Numbered from the stretch's first letter, positions 42,704 through 53,240 are shown. The stretch: 61,581 nt of DNA from Gemmatimonadota bacterium (GCA_037382905.1 JARRPL010000002.1:1-61581), one strand, 5' to 3'. Notes: generated by a model from the sequence alone, not told the origin. Numbers and translations are program-made.

Positions 42704-44581
42704 TCACGGCTCGGGAACGCCGTCCCACGGGGGGTTTGCCACGAGCACCGAGGCGAACACCGCCGCGCCCGCCAGGTCGCTCCACCACCCCGGGACCAAC
42801 AGCAGGAGGGCCCCGGCAGCCAGGAGACCCCTGGAGAACGGACCCAGCCGGGCTCTCAGGAACCCGATGGAGGCGGCGGCCAATCCGGCCACGCCCAGCG
42901 CGGCGCTGGCGGCGGTCAGTCCGATCCTTCCCGGCGACCCGTCCAGAAGGAGTGCGGGCTCGTGGACGAAGAGGAAGGGGATGAGGAAGCCGGGGAGAGC
43001 CAGCCCCATGGCCATCACGGCCGTCCGCATGGCCGGCGCTCCCACCAGCCCCGCGGCCGCATAGGCCGCCAAGGAAACCGGGGGCGTGACGTTGGAGATG
43101 CAGCCGAAGTAGAAGATGAAGAGGTGGGCCGCCAGGAGGGGGGTGCCCAACTCCACCAGCGCCGGCGCCCCCAGGGCCGCCAGGACCACGTAGGCGGCAG
43201 TGGTCGGGAGCCCCATCCCCATCACGATGCTCCCCATCGCCGTCAGGACGAGGGCCGGAAAGAGGTGGCCCCCCGACAAGGTCACGATCAGCTCCGACAT
43301 CCGGAGCCCGATCCCCGTGAGGGAGGCGACGCCTACCACGATCCCTGCGGCGGCACAGGCCGCTGCGACCTGTACCGCTCCCCGGGAGGTTGTGGCCAGG
43401 AGACGGCGGACCTCCGGGCCCCCGAGGCGGCTCTCGGGGCGGAGCATGGCCAGGACGACGCCCGCCACGACTGCCCAGAAGGCAGCCCGCATGGGGGAAC
43501 GACCCGATGCGAGGACCGCCACCAGGAGGACCAGGGGCAGGAGGAGGTGAAGGCGGCCCAGGATCGGCTCCTGGCTCTCCCGCCCCCCGGGCTCCAGCCC
43601 CATCCGGCCCGCGCGGAAATGGATGGCCAGCAGGAGGGCGAGGTAGTACAGAAGGGCCGGGAGGAGGGCCGCCAGGGCCACGGACGGGTACGGAATGGCC
43701 GTCCAGGTCGCCAGGATGAAGGCTCCGGCACCCATGACGGGAGGCATGAGCTGACCCCCGGTGCTCGCGGCGGCCTCCACCGCCGCGGCGAAGATGGGCG
43801 AGAAGCCGGCCTTCCGCATGACGGGGATGGTGAAGGTTCCGGTGGTCACCACGTTCGCCACCGCGCTCCCGCTCAGGGACCCCATGAGGGCGCTGGATAC
43901 CGCGGCGGTCTTGGCCGGCCCGCCCCGGCTCCCTCCCGCCACCCGGTTCGCCAGGGCGATGAGGAGGGCGCCGCCGCCGGCGGCCTCCAGGACGGCACCG
44001 AACAGGATGAAGAGGAAGACGAAGTCGGCGCTCACCCCGAGGGGGATCCCCCACACGCCTTCAGTGGAGAGGAAGAGGTGCTCCACCAGTCGCTGGACTC
44101 CGTATCCCCGGTGCGCCAGGGGCCCGGGAAGCCAGGGTCCCGCCAGGGCGTAGACCAGCGCCGACACGGCCACCGCCACCAGGCCCCACCCGGTGGTCCG
44201 GCGAGCCAACTCGAGAACCGCCACCACAGTGGCACTCCCCAGCGTCAGATCCAGCCACGTAGGTGTTCCGGCCCGGGCCACCAGGGCCTGGTGTTGGAGG
44301 GCGAGATAGCCCGCTGCCGCCACCAGGATCAGGGACAGCACGAGATTCCCCAGAATCCACCGGGAGGACTCCGGTCCCGCCGCTGCACCCCCGGTGCCGA
44401 CGCCGTCCGCTCCGGGGTCCCTGGGGGCGCCCAGGGCCCAGAAGCCCAGAAGGCCCATGAGGGCCAGGTGGACGGGTCGCTGCACCAGCGCCGTGAAGGG
44501 CGAGATCCCTGCGGCCCAGAGGTGGAAGAGGGTCGCCACGCCGGCCACCCCGGTGAGGAAGGCCCGTCGAGCCGGGGCCAC
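42704..44581 (-). CDS. TRAP transporter fused 4TM/12TM permease
   Basis: GGPAKTAAVSS, SGSAVANVVTTG, ASTGGQLMPPVMG, GMGLPTTAAY, TPPVSLAA. Confidence 0.93.
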   Translation of the reverse strand: MAPARRAFLTGVAGVATLFHLWAAGISPFTALVQRPVHLALMGLLGFWALGAPRDPGADGVGTGGAAAGPESSRWILGNLVLSLILVAAAGYLALQHQALVARAGTPTWLDLTLGSATVVAVLELARRTTGWGLVAVAVSALVYALAGPWLPGPLAHRGYGVQRLVEHLFLSTEGVWGIPLGVSADFVFLFILFGAVLEAAGGGALLIALANRVAGGSRGGPAKTAAVSSALMGSLSGSAVANVVTTGTFTIPVMRKAGFSPIFAAAVEAAASTGGQLMPPVMGAGAFILATWTAIPYPSVALAALLPALLYYLALLLAIHFRAGRMGLEPGGRESQEPILGRLHLLLPLVLLVAVLASGRSPMRAAFWAVVAGVVLAMLRPESRLGGPEVRRLLATTSRGAVQVAAACAAAGIVVGVASLTGIGLRMSELIVTLSGGHLFPALVLTAMGSIVMGMGLPTTAAYVVLAALGAPALVELGTPLLAAHLFIFYFGCISNVTPPVSLAAYAAAGLVGAPAMRTAVMAMGLALPGFLIPFLFVHEPALLLDGSPGRIGLTAASAALGVAGLAAASIGFLRARLGPFSRGLLAAGALLLLVPGWWSDLAGAAVFASVLVANPPWDGVPEP

Positions 44582-44584
44582 GCG

Positions 44585-45307
44585 CTACCCGGCGGAGCGG
44601 TACTGGAACCAGCTCACCACACCCACCAGGAGGAGGGAGAGACCCAGCACGATCCCCACCGCCGAACCGGCGGACCGGCGCTCGTCGAAGCGGCTGAACA
44701 CGATCCCCATGACGACCCAGGCCCAGAGCCCGAAGAGGTCGAGAGCTCCCAGCACGGACCCGAGATACGTATCCCGCAGCGCCCCCTGGAGGAAGGTCCC
44801 GACGCTCAGCGTCAACTCGGGATCCCTCCGTGCAGCCTTGAGAGGAGACACGAGCAGGGCCCCCATCCCCGTCAGCAACGCCGCGTGGGCCGTGCCCGCC
44901 AGGTATTGGCGGAACCGGCCTTCGTCGCCCAGGACGAAGGCAAAGATGAAGGCCATGATCCCGGCGGAGATGAACATGAAGAGGACCCAGGCCACCGAGC
45001 CCCCGATGCTGGCACTGATCCGGATCAGATCCCCCCGCACGGGCTCCGCCATCTCGCCGGCTCCCACACCACCTCCTCCGCTCAACTGCTGCGTCCGCAG
45101 AAAGTCCGCCCAGACGTCGGCGGGGATGGCCAGATTCGCCGCTGCCAGGAGGAGGGCGCCCAGCACCAGCGCGTCCCACCAGACGGGCCGGCTACGGAGG
45201 TGATCCCCGAGCCGGCCCGGCGCGTACACCAGGAGGCCGAGCCGCCGCAGGAAGCCGGCCTTGTCGGGGGAATCGGGGCGGTCATCCATGGGGCTGGAGT
45301 CGTCCAT
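44585..45307 (-). CDS. Yip1-family membrane protein
   Basis: About five TM segments, P..L..L...P N-terminal pattern, DLFGLW; co-oriented with the TRAP genes. Confidence 0.7.
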   Translation of the reverse strand: MDDSSPMDDRPDSPDKAGFLRRLGLLVYAPGRLGDHLRSRPVWWDALVLGALLLAAANLAIPADVWADFLRTQQLSGGGGVGAGEMAEPVRGDLIRISASIGGSVAWVLFMFISAGIMAFIFAFVLGDEGRFRQYLAGTAHAALLTGMGALLVSPLKAARRDPELTLSVGTFLQGALRDTYLGSVLGALDLFGLWAWVVMGIVFSRFDERRSAGSAVGIVLGLSLLLVGVVSWFQYRSAG

Positions 45308-45384
45308 TCGGTTTGCCGTGGTGAGGAGGTGGTGGGAATATTCGCCATCCTGGTTCAACGTGCACGAAGATGAGGGAGACGGGA

Positions 45385-48300
45385 ATGCGGATCGCAACGC
45401 TTGGACTCACGTTGGGGGCGCTGGCACTGTCCGGACCCGCCCTGGCCCAGGATGCACCGGATACCACGAGGGCGGACGAGGACCTTCCCCTGGAGCCGGG
45501 CCGCACCATCCCCATCGACCTGACCGAGGGGTCGTGGATGAGCGTCGACGTGAGCCCCGACGGAGGAACGCTGGTCTTCGACTATTTGGGCGATCTGTTC
45601 ACCCTCCCCATCTCCGGGGGTCAGGCCCGGCAGCTCACCTCCGGGATGGCCCTCGACGCCCAGCCCCGTTTTTCGCCCGACGGCGAACGTATCGTCTTCA
45701 CCTCGGACCGGGACGGCGGTCAGAACATCTGGGTCATGACGTTGGACGGGTCCGACACCACCCAGATCTCCCGCGGGGCCGCGAACCGGGCGGAATCGCC
45801 GGAGTGGACGCCGGATGGGGACTACGTGGTGGCGTCCATGGGGGGCTTCCGCGGCGGGGGCAACCCGACCCTCAAGCTCTTCCACGTGGCGGGCGGAAGT
45901 GGCGTCGAGCTGCTGGACAACGATGACGGCGCTCCGAAGAGGATCGGCGCCGCCTTCTCCGGCGAGGACGGCCGCTGGGTCTGGTATGCGCAGCGCACGG
46001 GTCCCCGGGACTGGGACTACAATGCGCAATTCCCCCTCTACACGATCCGCGTCTACGACCGGGACACCGGCGAGAGCTACGGCCGGGTCTCCCGCTACGG
46101 CGGGGCCGTGCGGCCCACCCTCTCCCCGGATGGCCGCTGGCTCGTCTACGGCACCCGGCACGACGACCAGACGGGCCTGGTGCTTCGAGAGCTGGAGACG
46201 GGCGAGGAGCGCTGGCTGGCGTACCCGGTCCAGCGGGACGATCAGGAGTCCCGGGCCAGCATGGATGCCCTGCCCGGGATGAGCTTCACCCCCGACTCCC
46301 GGGAGCTCGTTGCGTCGTATGGTGGGAAGCTCTGGCGGATCCCCGTGGAGGGAGGTAGCGCCACGGAGATCCCCTTCCGGGTCGACTTCGACCTGGCCGT
46401 GGGTCCCCTGGTGGAGTTCGACTATCCCATCGAGGACACCCCCACCTTCACCGTCCGGCAGATCCGGGACGCCGTTCCCTCTCCCGACGGGGAGCGCCTG
46501 GCCTTCACTGCGCTGGACCGGTTGTACGTGAGCAACGCCGACGGCACCGGGATCCAGGCGGTCGGAGAGATGGAGACCACCCAGCAACAGCCGGCCTGGT
46601 CCCCGGACGGGGATTGGATCGCCTTCACCAGCTGGTCCGAGACGGAGCAGGCAGGCCACCTCCACCGGGTCCGCCCCGATGGTTCGCAGCTGAGTCGGCT
46701 CACCACCCGGCCCGCCATCTACCGGGATCCCGTATGGTCCCCGGACGGCTCCCGCATCGTCGCGCTTCGCGGGGACGCCCGGGCCTACCTGGAGAGTTCG
46801 GGTCCCAGGGCCGCCTTCTCCGCCGACGAGGTGGTCTGGATCCCCGCGGCGGGGGGGCAGGCAACCCTGATCATGCCCTCGGACGGTCGCTCCAACCCCC
46901 ATTTTACCCGGGATGCGGAGCGGATCTTCTTCGACGCGGCCCCGGACCGGCTCATCTCGGTCCGGTGGGACGGGACCGACGAGAAGACCCACATCCGGGT
47001 CCGGGGTGAGACGCCCGCCGGATCGAGCCAGGCTCAGCCCCCCAGCGCCATCGTCATGGCCCCGGTGGGGGATCAGGCCATGGCCCTGATCCAGGGGCAG
47101 ATCTACACGGTGACGGTCCCCCGGGTGGGCGAGGCGCCCACGGTGAACGTCGGCAACCCCGAATCCGCCGCCTTCCCGGCCCGGAAGCTGACCCGCTTCG
47201 GCGGCGAATTCCCGGCCTGGTCCAGCGATGCGCGGCGGGTCCACTGGTCTCTCGGGAACGCGCACTTCGTGTACGACCTGGATGCCGCCGCTGCATTCGC
47301 CGATTCGGTGGAGGCGACGGCGGGCCCGGAAGAGGAAGGGGAGGACGAGGAGCCGGCCCGTTACGAGCCGAGGGAATTCCGTCTGGAGGTGCAGGCCCGG
47401 CGGGACCTGCCCACCGGAGTGGTGGCGCTGACCAACGCCCGCGTCGTCACCATGGATGGCGACCGGGTGCTCGAGAACGGCACCGTCGTGGTTCGGGACA
47501 ACCGGATCGCCGCGGTGGGCGACGCGGGATCGGTGGAGGTGCCCTCCGGCGCCGAAGTGATCGACCTCTCGGGCCGGACCATCGTTCCCGGCTTCGTGGA
47601 CACCCATGCCCACATGTGGCCGGCCTGGCAGGTCCACCGCCGGGATCAGTGGATGTACTGGGCCAACCTCGCATACGGGGTCACCACCACGCGGGACCCC
47701 CAGACCAGCCAGACGGACGTCCTCACCTATTCGGACCTGGTCCGGGCCGGCGAGATCACCGGTCCCCGGATCTACTCCACGGGCCCGGGCGTTTTCTGGC
47801 AGGACAACATCTCGTCCCTGGACGAGGCCCGGGACCTCATGCGCCGCTACTCCGACTACTACGACACCAAGACCATCAAGATGTACGTGGCGGGCAACCG
47901 CCAGCAGCGGCAGTGGATCATCCAGGCGGCGCGGGAACAGCGCATCATGCCCACCACCGAGGGCTCACTGAATCTCCGGCAGAACATCTCGGAGACGCTG
48001 GACGGCTATCCGGGCCTGGAGCACTCGATTCCGGTCTTCCCCCTCTACGACGACATGGTGGCTCTCTTCGCCGGCACCATGCGCGCCTACACGCCCACGC
48101 TGCTGGTGTCCTACGGGGGTCCGTGGGCCGAAAACTACTACTACACGCGCATGAATCCCCACGACGACGCGAAGCTGCGGCGCTTCATGCCCCATTCGGA
48201 CGTGGACGTCGCCACCCGTCGGCGAGGCGGCGGCCCCAGTCCGGGCCCCGCCGGCTGGTTCCTGGAGGACGAGCACGTCTTCCAGGACCACGCCGTCTTC

Positions 48301-48693
48301 GCCCGGGACCTGGTGGAGGCCGGTGGCCGGGTAGGGATCGGGAGCCACGGCCAGCTCCAGGGTCTAGGCTATCACTGGGAGCTGTGGTCGGTGGCCTCCG
48401 GTGGGATGAGGCCTCTGGACGCCCTTCGGGCCGCCACCATCCTGGGCGCCGAAGCGCTGGGACTGGATCAGGACCTGGGGAGCATCCGGGAGGGCAAGCT
48501 GGCGGATCTGGTGATCCTGGAAGAGAACCCTCTCGACGACATCATGAATACCCGGAGCATCACCCACGTCATGATGAATGGCCGATTGTACGAAGGCGCC
48601 ACCCTGCGGGAGGTCTACCCTCGGCAGCGAGACCTTCCGCAGGCATGGTGGTGGGACCGGGAGCCGGAGGGTCTCCCCGGCGTGGGACGGTGA
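45385..48693 (+). CDS. Secreted PD40/TolB-like beta-propeller + amidohydrolase
   Basis: Signal peptide, repeated SPDG motifs, PGFVDTHAH, GVTT, GSHGQLQG, GSIREGKLADLV. Confidence 0.9.
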   Translation: MRIATLGLTLGALALSGPALAQDAPDTTRADEDLPLEPGRTIPIDLTEGSWMSVDVSPDGGTLVFDYLGDLFTLPISGGQARQLTSGMALDAQPRFSPDGERIVFTSDRDGGQNIWVMTLDGSDTTQISRGAANRAESPEWTPDGDYVVASMGGFRGGGNPTLKLFHVAGGSGVELLDNDDGAPKRIGAAFSGEDGRWVWYAQRTGPRDWDYNAQFPLYTIRVYDRDTGESYGRVSRYGGAVRPTLSPDGRWLVYGTRHDDQTGLVLRELETGEERWLAYPVQRDDQESRASMDALPGMSFTPDSRELVASYGGKLWRIPVEGGSATEIPFRVDFDLAVGPLVEFDYPIEDTPTFTVRQIRDAVPSPDGERLAFTALDRLYVSNADGTGIQAVGEMETTQQQPAWSPDGDWIAFTSWSETEQAGHLHRVRPDGSQLSRLTTRPAIYRDPVWSPDGSRIVALRGDARAYLESSGPRAAFSADEVVWIPAAGGQATLIMPSDGRSNPHFTRDAERIFFDAAPDRLISVRWDGTDEKTHIRVRGETPAGSSQAQPPSAIVMAPVGDQAMALIQGQIYTVTVPRVGEAPTVNVGNPESAAFPARKLTRFGGEFPAWSSDARRVHWSLGNAHFVYDLDAAAAFADSVEATAGPEEEGEDEEPARYEPREFRLEVQARRDLPTGVVALTNARVVTMDGDRVLENGTVVVRDNRIAAVGDAGSVEVPSGAEVIDLSGRTIVPGFVDTHAHMWPAWQVHRRDQWMYWANLAYGVTTTRDPQTSQTDVLTYSDLVRAGEITGPRIYSTGPGVFWQDNISSLDEARDLMRRYSDYYDTKTIKMYVAGNRQQRQWIIQAAREQRIMPTTEGSLNLRQNISETLDGYPGLEHSIPVFPLYDDMVALFAGTMRAYTPTLLVSYGGPWAENYYYTRMNPHDDAKLRRFMPHSDVDVATRRRGGGPSPGPAGWFLEDEHVFQDHAVFARDLVEAGGRVGIGSHGQLQGLGYHWELWSVASGGMRPLDALRAATILGAEALGLDQDLGSIREGKLADLVILEENPLDDIMNTRSITHVMMNGRLYEGATLREVYPRQRDLPQAWWWDREPEGLPGVGR

Positions 48694-48756
48694 CACGGAG
48701 GCGGAGCGGGTCGTCCCCGGCATCCGCTCCGCGGTTCCTCCCTGCATCGGCTTCGT

Positions 48757-49611
48757 TCAGCCTGCGCCAGCCTCGTCCATCAGACGGACGTGGCTCACGC
48801 CGCGCATGGTCACGGCCAGGGGCATGGGAGCCGCCGTCACGTCCATGGTGCCTCCATACTCGACCTCGCTGCGACGGTAGCGCATGACGCCCCTCCCGAG
48901 GTCCCAGAGGAAGTACCCCTCCACCGTTCCGGTGAGGTTCTGGAAGAAGTCCATCCCCTGGGTCGTTCCCTCCTGATACAGGGTCCCGGTGCCCTGCATC
49001 CGGACCTTCAGCAAGGTGGTCCCGTCCACCAGGGTGTCGCCGGCCACCGTGTAGGTCATCACCGTCTCGCTGGTGTTCGCGGCATCCGGTAGATCCGCCA
49101 CGTAGGCGACGGTGTCGGTCCAGGTCATCCCCGGTGTGGGCGGGGTCCCGGGGAGGCGGGGGAAGAACCCCTCGGCGACGGCCTGGGGCACGACCAGTTG
49201 GCTCGCCCTTCCCTGGAGCTCCGGAAGGGAAACCACCTCCGTGCGGCCGCGACCGTCCATGGTGAAGACCACCGGCCCCTCCACGTCCTCCTCGGTGGCA
49301 CGCTCCGGGGCGCCCATGGGGTTGGTCATCTCCACGTCCAGACCCGTCCAGACCGCCGTCACCCGAACCCCTCCTGCCGTCGGAGCGAAGGCCATGTCCA
49401 GCGCCGCGTCCTCCAGGATGAACACGTCGACGACCTCCCCTCCCACGTCCACGGCCAGGGCCGTGGAATCCACCTGGGTGTAGGCGAGTTGCCGCTCTTC
49501 CCCGGCAGGATGGGCCAGCGCCGCCGGGCCCGCCGCATCCGGACCGGAACCGCCGGCGCACGCCGCCAGGAGAAGGAGGGTCGAGAGCAGAGATGTGGAG
49601 CTGCGTGGCAT
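48757..49611 (-). CDS. Hypothetical beta-rich lipoprotein
   Basis: Lipobox LAAC after MPRSS; alternating beta-strand pattern. Confidence 0.7.
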   Translation of the reverse strand: MPRSSTSLLSTLLLLAACAGGSGPDAAGPAALAHPAGEERQLAYTQVDSTALAVDVGGEVVDVFILEDAALDMAFAPTAGGVRVTAVWTGLDVEMTNPMGAPERATEEDVEGPVVFTMDGRGRTEVVSLPELQGRASQLVVPQAVAEGFFPRLPGTPPTPGMTWTDTVAYVADLPDAANTSETVMTYTVAGDTLVDGTTLLKVRMQGTGTLYQEGTTQGMDFFQNLTGTVEGYFLWDLGRGVMRYRRSEVEYGGTMDVTAAPMPLAVTMRGVSHVRLMDEAGAG

Positions 49612-49790
49612 GAGGGGATCTCCCGTGGTGGTCCGGCATGATGGCGTCGTCGGCCGCGGGATCGGTGAAACCCCCGGCGGCGCATACGGTAGCACTACCC
49701 CGGTTGTGGAACGAATCCCCGGTGCTTGGCCGACGCCCCAGGCTCTGGTTATCGTCCGCTCCCCACGAATCCCCCGGCCCGAGGTCCCCC

Positions 49791-50363
49791 ATGTCCTTCC
49801 GCACCAATCCCGATCGCATCCTGGAGAGCATCGACCGGCGGCGTAACCGCGAAGAGACCGGCCTCCGAGGGTCCGACCGCCAGGCCAACGGTCGCGAGCT
49901 GGACACGGACGTTCCGGATGTGGACGCCACCAACCCGGAGCGGGTCAAGCGGGTCTTCCGGGCGGTGGAGCGAGCCTACACCGCCACCGCCCAGAGCGCC
50001 GTCCTGGGGCCCCTCGCCCAGCGCTTCCAGGCCGTCGGGGACATTTCGGAGCACAAGGCTCGGGGCGACGTGAGCATCGCCGTGCGCTACATGGATCACC
50101 AGCGGCCGGAGGACTTCGGCATGAGTCCCTTCGAGATCCATCCCGAGGACCTGGAAGAGATCCGGAAGGAGACCAAGACCAGCCGTCCCGATGTGAACGC
50201 CATGCGGATCCTCCGCAGGGAGCTCCGGGACGGCGTGCTGGCGGCCTACCAGAAGCTGGAGCCCCGGATCCGGGACGCCATCCGGGACCGGGCGGACATG
50301 GGGCACATCGAGATCCAGGTCACCATGGACCTGCGGCCCATCGACCCGCCACTCCCGGGCTGA
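49791..50363 (+). CDS. Hypothetical charged cytoplasmic protein
   Basis: GAGG SD, strong GC3 bias, realistic composition; family not recognised. Confidence 0.75.
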   Translation: MSFRTNPDRILESIDRRRNREETGLRGSDRQANGRELDTDVPDVDATNPERVKRVFRAVERAYTATAQSAVLGPLAQRFQAVGDISEHKARGDVSIAVRYMDHQRPEDFGMSPFEIHPEDLEEIRKETKTSRPDVNAMRILRRELRDGVLAAYQKLEPRIRDAIRDRADMGHIEIQVTMDLRPIDPPLPG

Positions 50364-50403
50364 CCCCCTCGGTGCGGCGGGGGCAGAACCGGGGACTCCC
50401 GGC

Positions 50404-51321
50404 GTGGCTCGGGTCCTCTTCGTCTTCCTGGACGGCGTCGGCATCGGACACGCCGACCCGGCCAGGAATCCCATGCAGGCGGCGGCACTTCCGACTCTGA
50501 CGGAGCTCCTGGGTGGGACGCTTCCCACCCTCTCCCGCCCACGGATCGGGACATCCCTGGGCCGCTCCGCCGCAGCCTTTCCCCTGGACGCAGGGCTCGA
50601 CCGACCGGGTCTTCCCCAGTCCGGGACCGGCCAGACGACCCTGCTCACGGGGGAGAACGCCGTGGTCCGGTTCGGCCGGCACTTCGGACCCTGGGTTCCC
50701 GTGTCCCTCCGCCCGCTGGTTCGGGACCGGAGCCTCTTGAAGCTGGCCGTGGATCGGGGTCACACCGTCACCTTCGCCAACGCCTACCCCCGGAGCTGGG
50801 CACGATCAGGACAGCTCCGAAGGATCGCCGCTCCACCGTTGGCGGCGCTGGGTGCCGGACTTCTCCACCGCAGTCAGCGAGAGCTGGCCCTGGGTCAGGC
50901 GGTGAGCTCCGAGATCGTGAACGACGGCTGGCGGGCCCGATGGCAGGACGAGGGCATTCCCAAGGTCACGCCCGTCCAGGCCGGCCGAATCCTCGCCAGG
51001 CTCGCGGCAGACCATGAGCTGACGTTCTACGCCCACTACGCTACCGACACCGCGGGACACCGGGGGGACGCCGCAGACTGCCGGGCCGCATTGGAGCGGG
51101 TGGACCGCTTCCTGGCCGGCGTCCTGGAGACGCTGCCAGAGGACCATCTCCTCCTGGTGGCGTCGGACCACGGGAACATCGAGGAGCTGGGTGCGGGGCA
51201 TACCCGGAACCCGGCACTGGGCATTCTGGCGGGTCCCGACGCTCCGGCCCGATCCCTGGCCCTCACCTCCCTCACCCACCCGGCGGCGGCGATCCTGGAC
51301 TGGCTGGCGACGCCCGCCTGA
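50404..51321 (+). CDS. Alkaline-phosphatase-superfamily metalloenzyme (phosphoglycerate mutase/phosphopentomutase-like)
   Basis: FLDGVG, PQSGTGQT, TDTAGH, SDHGN, HTRNP. Confidence 0.85.
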   Translation: MARVLFVFLDGVGIGHADPARNPMQAAALPTLTELLGGTLPTLSRPRIGTSLGRSAAAFPLDAGLDRPGLPQSGTGQTTLLTGENAVVRFGRHFGPWVPVSLRPLVRDRSLLKLAVDRGHTVTFANAYPRSWARSGQLRRIAAPPLAALGAGLLHRSQRELALGQAVSSEIVNDGWRARWQDEGIPKVTPVQAGRILARLAADHELTFYAHYATDTAGHRGDAADCRAALERVDRFLAGVLETLPEDHLLLVASDHGNIEELGAGHTRNPALGILAGPDAPARSLALTSLTHPAAAILDWLATPA

Positions 51322-51419
51322 GGCCCGTCCTGGAAGCCGGGCCGACGCCCACGGGGGTTGGGATTCGTCGCTCCGCCCGTCCCATCCGGAGGTTCTCACG
51401 CCCCGACGGTCGAGTCAGG

Positions 51420-53240
51420 ATGGACCCCATGGTCTCCTCCCCTCCTCCCGTCTCCCAAGGCGGCCCGTCGGGCTCCCGGCTTCTGGGCACCCTCCTCCTG
51501 GAGGAAGGGGTCCTGAAGCCCGACCAGCTGGACGCCGCCCTGGGGCTTCAGGCGGAGGACCCGGTTCGTCTGGGCGAGATCCTGGTCCGGGAGGGCCTCG
51601 TGTCTCCGGAGCAGGTGGCCCGAGCCCTGTCCCGGCAGCTCTCCCTTCCCTATGCGCCGGGCCCCCTGGATCCGGAGACCGAAGCGCTGGAGGTGATCCC
51701 CGGCGAGCTCGCCCGCCGACTGGGTGTGCTTCCCCTCCGGACCACCAAGCGGGACCTGGTCCTGGCGGTGGAAGACCCGCTGGACGTAGGGGCGGTGGAG
51801 GACGTGCGCTTCCGCACGGGCAGACGGGTGGAGGTCCACGTCGCCTCGGGCCCGGAGCTGCGGCGGGGGCTGGATCGGGGCTACGGTGGCGAGCTCGAAG
51901 CGCTGGTCTCTTCTCTGGAGGGGTCCTGGACGAATCCGGACGAGGACCGGGATGCTCTCGAGCGGGTGGCGGGCGCCGCTCCGGTGGTCCGATTGGTGGA
52001 CGGGATCCTGGCGGAGGGCTGGGAGGCCGGCGCCAGCGATCTCCACCTGGAGCCCGTTCCCGGGGGACTCCGGGTCCGGCTCCGGGTGGACGGTGTCCTC
52101 CGGGAGGTGCGAACCGTCCCCGGCTCCCTCCGTCCCGTGGTCCTGTCCCGGCTGAAGATCATGGCCGGAATGGACATCGCGGTCCGCCGCCGTCCCCAGG
52201 ACGGAGGGCTCCAGCTCCGGGCCAAGGGCCGTTCCGTGGCCCTTCGGGTGTCCACACTTCCGGCCCGGGAGGGCGAGAAGGCGGTGATCCGGATCCTGGA
52301 GCCGGATCAGGCTCCCGAGTCCCTGGCGGAACTGGGGATGGGACGGGAGGACCTGGAACGGGTCCGGGCCGTGCTGGCCTGCGGACAGGGGGTGGTCCTG
52401 GCCACGGGCCCCACCGGCAGCGGCAAGAGCTCCACCCTCCAGGCGGCGCTGCGGGAGGTGGACCGGGCCCGACACAACGTCACCACGCTCGAGGACCCGG
52501 TGGAGTATCCGATTCCCGACGCCACCCAGGTCCAGGTGGATCCTCGCGCTGGACTCACCTTTCCGGCAGCCCTCCGAGCCGTGCTGCGACAGGATCCGGA
52601 TGTGGTCATGGTGGGTGAGATCCGGGACGCCGAAACGGCGGAGATCGCCATGGCGGCGGCGGTCACCGGGCATCTGGTCCTCTCCACACTCCACACGACC
52701 GACGCCCCCTCGGCACTCACCCGTCTCCTCCACATGGGTGTGCCACCCTATCTGGTGGCGGGCGGCGTGGCGGGGATCATCGCCCAACGGCTCGTGCGGG
52801 TCCTCTGCACCCGTTGCCGGGGTCGTCCGACAGGGGACGGGTGTCGGGAGTGCGTCGACGGCTATCGTGGGCGCACCGGCATCTTCCAGGTTCTGGTCAT
52901 GAACGACCGGCTTCGCCAGGCCGTGGTCCAGGGAGCGTCCACGCCGGTGCTGCGCCGCCTGGCGCGGGAATCGGGGATGGGCTTCCTGGCCGACGACGCC
53001 CAGCGGCAGGTCTCGGAAGGTCGCACCACGCCCCAAGAGGTCGCCCGGGTGGGTCGGGGTGACCCGGGGGGCGCCGTGCCGTGCGCGGCTTGTGGGCAGG
53101 AGGTTCCGTCGGAGGCTCGCGGGTGCCCCTGGTGCGGCGACCGGCGCGTGCGGGAGTGTCGCTGCGGAAGCCGGCTGGAACCGGGGTGGCGATTCTGCCC
53201 GGCGTGTCTGGCCCGGGCCGCTGCGGACCCGGGGGGGTAG
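51420..53240 (+). CDS. GspE/PilB-family ATPase with N-terminal MshEN domain and C-terminal double zinc ribbon
   Basis: RLGEILVREGLVSPEQVARALSRQ, ASDLH, PQDG, GPTGSGKS, TLEDPVE, LRQDPDVVMVGEIRD, TGHLVLSTLH; C-terminal CxxC..CxxC..CxC..CxxC. Confidence 0.92.
   Translation: MDPMVSSPPPVSQGGPSGSRLLGTLLLEEGVLKPDQLDAALGLQAEDPVRLGEILVREGLVSPEQVARALSRQLSLPYAPGPLDPETEALEVIPGELARRLGVLPLRTTKRDLVLAVEDPLDVGAVEDVRFRTGRRVEVHVASGPELRRGLDRGYGGELEALVSSLEGSWTNPDEDRDALERVAGAAPVVRLVDGILAEGWEAGASDLHLEPVPGGLRVRLRVDGVLREVRTVPGSLRPVVLSRLKIMAGMDIAVRRRPQDGGLQLRAKGRSVALRVSTLPAREGEKAVIRILEPDQAPESLAELGMGREDLERVRAVLACGQGVVLATGPTGSGKSSTLQAALREVDRARHNVTTLEDPVEYPIPDATQVQVDPRAGLTFPAALRAVLRQDPDVVMVGEIRDAETAEIAMAAAVTGHLVLSTLHTTDAPSALTRLLHMGVPPYLVAGGVAGIIAQRLVRVLCTRCRGRPTGDGCRECVDGYRGRTGIFQVLVMNDRLRQAVVQGASTPVLRRLARESGMGFLADDAQRQVSEGRTTPQEVARVGRGDPGGAVPCAACGQEVPSEARGCPWCGDRRVRECRCGSRLEPGWRFCPACLARAAADPGG

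Noticed and set aside
38094-45373. Very long plus-strand ORFs (1150 aa, 1322 aa), and similar ones at 1718-3709, 19127-21991 and 51396-54497
   Set aside because: They are antisense shadows of real genes, expected in high-GC DNA, and contain no motifs.
49711-51368. Recurring ACGAATCCC motif (twice upstream of the 49791 gene, once inverted upstream of the ATPase)
   Set aside because: Too few copies, with irregular spacing and no palindromic structure, to support a binding site.
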